From Microthyrium microscopicum (lineage: Eukaryota), in NCBI GenBank assembly GCA_010405405.1, contig MU004234.1:2205697-2269696 (forward strand): a stretch of 64,000 nt of DNA, read 5' to 3'. The position numbers were made by a program, and so were the translations under genes. Shown piece after piece: positions 60,412 through 64,000 of the stretch (position 1 is its first letter; each line of letters opens with the position of its first letter). The notes under the pieces are model-generated. The model made no database searches and had not been told where the DNA came from. It saw only the letters and a list, made by a program, of their open reading frames with translations.

Positions 60412-63025
60412 ATTAGGAATTATACTACTTACTACCATTTTAGCGATTGTGTAGAGATGATCACCAAAGCATGCTGGACAAGGAAAAACTTGAGCGAGAT
60501 TGAGCAGATATATTCACAATTCACTGCCGCTCGTGTCCACAAGAACGGCCAAATATGCAGCTCGCATTTTTGTCGATTATTCACGCGTTCAAAAAAAATG
60601 ATGCAGCATTCGGTACTTGGAACAGCCACCAAGATCATCAGGAGAGGCAAGGGATGGCCCAATAATTGGCCAGTCAAGACCGCGCCGCAGAGGTTGACAG
60701 CTGTGCCTTGTGATGCCGGAATCACTAGCTGGACGTGCATATGCAGTCTCGGAGTTCAAAAGGTTCTCTACACTCTAGTCAGTACGAATTGTGGCGCTCG
60801 TGCATACCAAAAGCGGCAGATGAAGTGATAATCTTTGGGTGATTTTCATTGATGTTTCTCCACCGCCCATGAAAATAATTGGGATCCCCGCATCTGTATG
60901 CCGTGGCGTTTGCAGCCTGTCATCGACTGATCATGGATTGGGCTGTATAAGGATAATACAAAATTGTCTACGACCCAACTACTGGGCGCTGGCAGGGTTG
61001 AAGGAGCTTTGAAGAACTTTACATCAAAAAAGTACTAACTGAACACTGGTATGTGTACGGTAAGACTACGGGTTCGGATTCGGCCTTCTACCACACCTTT
61101 TTTACCCGGCTACTGTTCAATACAGCGCAGCTTGTTGAGCGGTGGACCAGCTCATTATGCAGGGCCTTTAGATATCTAGGATCTGACTCTTGGACCTTGG
61201 TCCAGCTTTAGGACGAAAAGCCAGCTCGTGTGAGCCTTCCACATTCATTCATGACGTTGTCGCCTTAAACGGACACTTGTGGCACGGTTCTTATTCGGAT
61301 CAACGGTCGTGACGCGATGGCAGCAAATTCGGCGGAAAAACAAGCAATATCACGATTGTGGCTTCAAGAGAGGTTGGGAATACAGGAACTTGAGTTCTCA
61401 CGCGACTCGCTGTCAAGACAAAAACCGCGGAGGCAGTGTGAAAGGTGAAAAGTATTCCGGGCTGCATATATGGTCTTATTACTTTTTTGTATAAGCACGC
61501 CGAGAGTTCAAAAGTGCATAAAGTAAACTTGGCGAGGCTACGCTGGCATTGCTATTGCTGGCAAGGCTGTCATGACCGTGCCACTTCTCGAAGAAACATG
61601 GATTTAGCATTTGAGAAGCCTGGTGGGCGATGCGACAAGAAGCGGACTTTGTGGAGTAGTGGCGATCTGACAGGCGCCAGGCTTCAAGAACGATTCGGCA
61701 AATAATGGGGTCCAAATTGTCGATGAAGGAGTACGGCGAGTTCACGAGAAGGGGCGATAACTTGCAACTACTTGGCTGACTTTATCTTTCGATGCTACCA
61801 GCCTACGGTACCAAGTAGGTACATGTTAAGTAGACGATACGGAAAGACTGTATCTCCAAAGATAGCTCGGAGGAGCCAGGGTGCGGCTCAAGGAGCTTGG
61901 GAGATCAACACCAAATGCATGCACAGCACTTCCCGATTGGGTAAGGTAGTATCATGATGCAAAGGCACCCCAACAATGTCCGTGCCGATCAATCTACCCA
62001 GTTATTTTCTTTGCCGATATCCATCATGCCTTTCTACTTTTCGACTTGCATTAATGCATTTTCCTTCCTTATTCCTTGTCGCTCCAAAAAGAGGCTTATA
62101 TGGATATCACGACCAACCTCCCCAATACTTCGACGCTGTGTAAGGCTTCAGCAAACGTTTTTCAGCCGCTGAAAATATGAGTAGCCTAGAACTAAGTGAT
62201 CAGAAAGCATCACAACATCAAATTATGAAACAAGATAGCCGCGATCAAGTCATCATTGATCATCAGCAAGGGGCCTGAATAATGTGTCCAAGAGTATGAC
62301 AAGATCTGGCGCGAGCTCTCTTTCAACTTCATCTCAGCGAAAAGCTCCAGGTTATAATTAGCAACACTATGATCTTGTCGCTTTGCCCTGGCATTCCCAA
62401 CCAGGCACCAGGTCACCATGAGCTAAATCCTAAATTCTATCCGAATTTAGCTTTTTTATCTTCCTTGCATGCACAGCGATCCATTGAGCGTGTGAACGGA
62501 ACGCCACAACTCGTTGAGGTGTTCTCCAGCTCCTGCAGCCACTATCCTCGTTTCAGCCCTGCAGATATATTGACTGCGAGTGCAGCTTATGTGCATACCC
62601 AGTTTTCAGGTCTAGATCGCCAAAGATCAAGAAAACATCAGGTCAATTCTCATGTTTCTTGCCTCAATGGGATTCTTTGCACATTTGGCCGAAAAGTCGG
62701 CATGAAGAATTTCAGGCTGGGTGGATTCTTCGCCGCCGTCGCGTGTTTCAGTAGATTTCATCTTGCATATTAGACGGATCATGGAGCTAATCTTTCAGCT
62801 GGTAAGATGCCAAGGCTAATGTACAATCTAAGCCTAGAGGACTCTTGACAAGGAAGATAGGATATTGGATATTAGACATGTGTATTACGATTAATGCCCG
62901 TTGTGGGCTTTCTTAGACGATACATTCAAGGCGAGTCAATTTCCGGATAATTTGCACAGTTTATGGACGCATGGAAGTGGACGGTGTACAGATAGCCGAG
63001 AAACTCAGTGAGATGATGTGAATAA

Positions 63026-63691
63026 CTAATAAGTTGAGAAGAAAGGTGATCGAAGAGGTATCTGACGACCCTCTCTACGACATCGCTCTTGATAGGCAAA
63101 ATACATATTCTCCACGATCGTACGCTGAAGCAGTTTGATCGTAGCCTTTTCGTTGAGAAGGTATTCAATGACCCTGGCATCATCATTGCTAGTCTCCAAT
63201 CTGGTATGACGAAGGATTAGTTGATTGATGATTTTCAGGGCCAAATCACATTGCGCATAGTCAGTTTCGATCCATTGTCTGTATGCTCGACCACTATCAG
63301 TGCGTCGTGGGCCATAATAACCCTCAGCGTCACTGATGCCAAAGGCGCGTTGTCGAAGGAGCTCCCACACACCTGACTGAATTGATATCTCACCTGCGTG
63401 GTTAGCTACGAATTCTTGAGTGTTGAGGGTCTCAGGAAACCAGTTGAAAATGCTATCTAGAACGGCTGCTGTAGAACCTGCTGATGGTGATATATGGTTT
63501 TCGTGTCTGAGGCGGCCGTTGAAGGGCGGAGAAGCAACTATTTGGACTGCTCGAGCATTTGAGCGTGAAGGGTCTTGACTGTTGCCAATCAGTCTATGAT
63601 CGTGTAGATTTGGTAGTGGACTTCTAGGGGATGTGGCTCTACTGTTTGCGCGATGGATAGAAGTATGTCGAGCAGGTGGTCTGCGACTCAT
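63026..63691 (-). CDS. Hypothetical protein (about 221 aa)
   Basis: Open frame from ATG 63691 with a disordered N-terminus and helical-looking C-terminus; no motif recognised. Confidence 0.55.
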   Translation of the reverse strand: MSRRPPARHTSIHRANSRATSPRSPLPNLHDHRLIGNSQDPSRSNARAVQIVASPPFNGRLRHENHISPSAGSTAAVLDSIFNWFPETLNTQEFVANHAGEISIQSGVWELLRQRAFGISDAEGYYGPRRTDSGRAYRQWIETDYAQCDLALKIINQLILRHTRLETSNDDARVIEYLLNEKATIKLLQRTIVENMYFAYQERCRREGRQIPLRSPFFSTY

Positions 63692-64000
63692 TTTGGTTGT
63701 AAACTTATGAATACTGCGTTCAAAATCTGTCGCCGAGTATGGTATAATTGAGTGGTTTTGTCGACTCAATTTGTCTCATTTGTCACTATAAGTTGCTCAC
63801 GTTACAAACAAAGTATCCATACAAAGGCTTTCAAAGATCAATGTGCATTAGTGTAGAGCCTTTGTGTTCCAATCTTTGTCTCGAACATAACAAAAAGTAT
63901 AAAGCTACCAAAGACTTTGTTCGATTAGCTAATCTTGATTGAGCTAGCACACACTTTTTGTGTTCAAAAGTAGTTTGGTTTTCACGATTTAGCAGACAGA

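Noticed and set aside
60800..62900. Short ORFs and small palindromes between the oxidase and the last gene
   Set aside because: No supportable gene model; stems of 8 bp or less are expected by chance.
1..64000. Autonomous transposons, CRISPR arrays, rRNA, secondary-metabolite backbone genes
   Set aside because: No transposase, reverse transcriptase, repeat-spacer array, rRNA, PKS or NRPS signature seen.

Overview
Intron-containing genomic DNA from a filamentous ascomycete (GT-AG introns with CTRAC branch points; Dothideomycete-like by gene content, inferred). About 23 protein-coding genes and one intron-containing tRNA-Ser(CGA) can be supported. Conserved housekeeping genes: FAD1, RRD2-type PTPA, glutathione peroxidase, MnSOD, SEC28, DOA4-like deubiquitinase, VPS27. 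Secreted or accessory genes: two GH76, a FAD oxidoreductase, a CBM18-mucin protein, a heme peroxidase and a multicopper oxidase. Two signals stand out. (1) All three introns of the DOA4-like gene are long and related in sequence; intron 1 folds into a 60-bp hairpin whose 3' arm is also complementary to introns 2 and 3. Three further long hairpin introns occur in two other genes. (2) A presequence-less MnSOD lies head-to-head with a small Cu/Zn-SOD-fold gene lacking most metal ligands, and their shared promoter carries four TGCTCA (Mac1/CuRE-like) elements spaced 26-27 bp apart, suggesting a copper-starvation module. Gene models were spliced by eye; no database searches or folding calculations were run.
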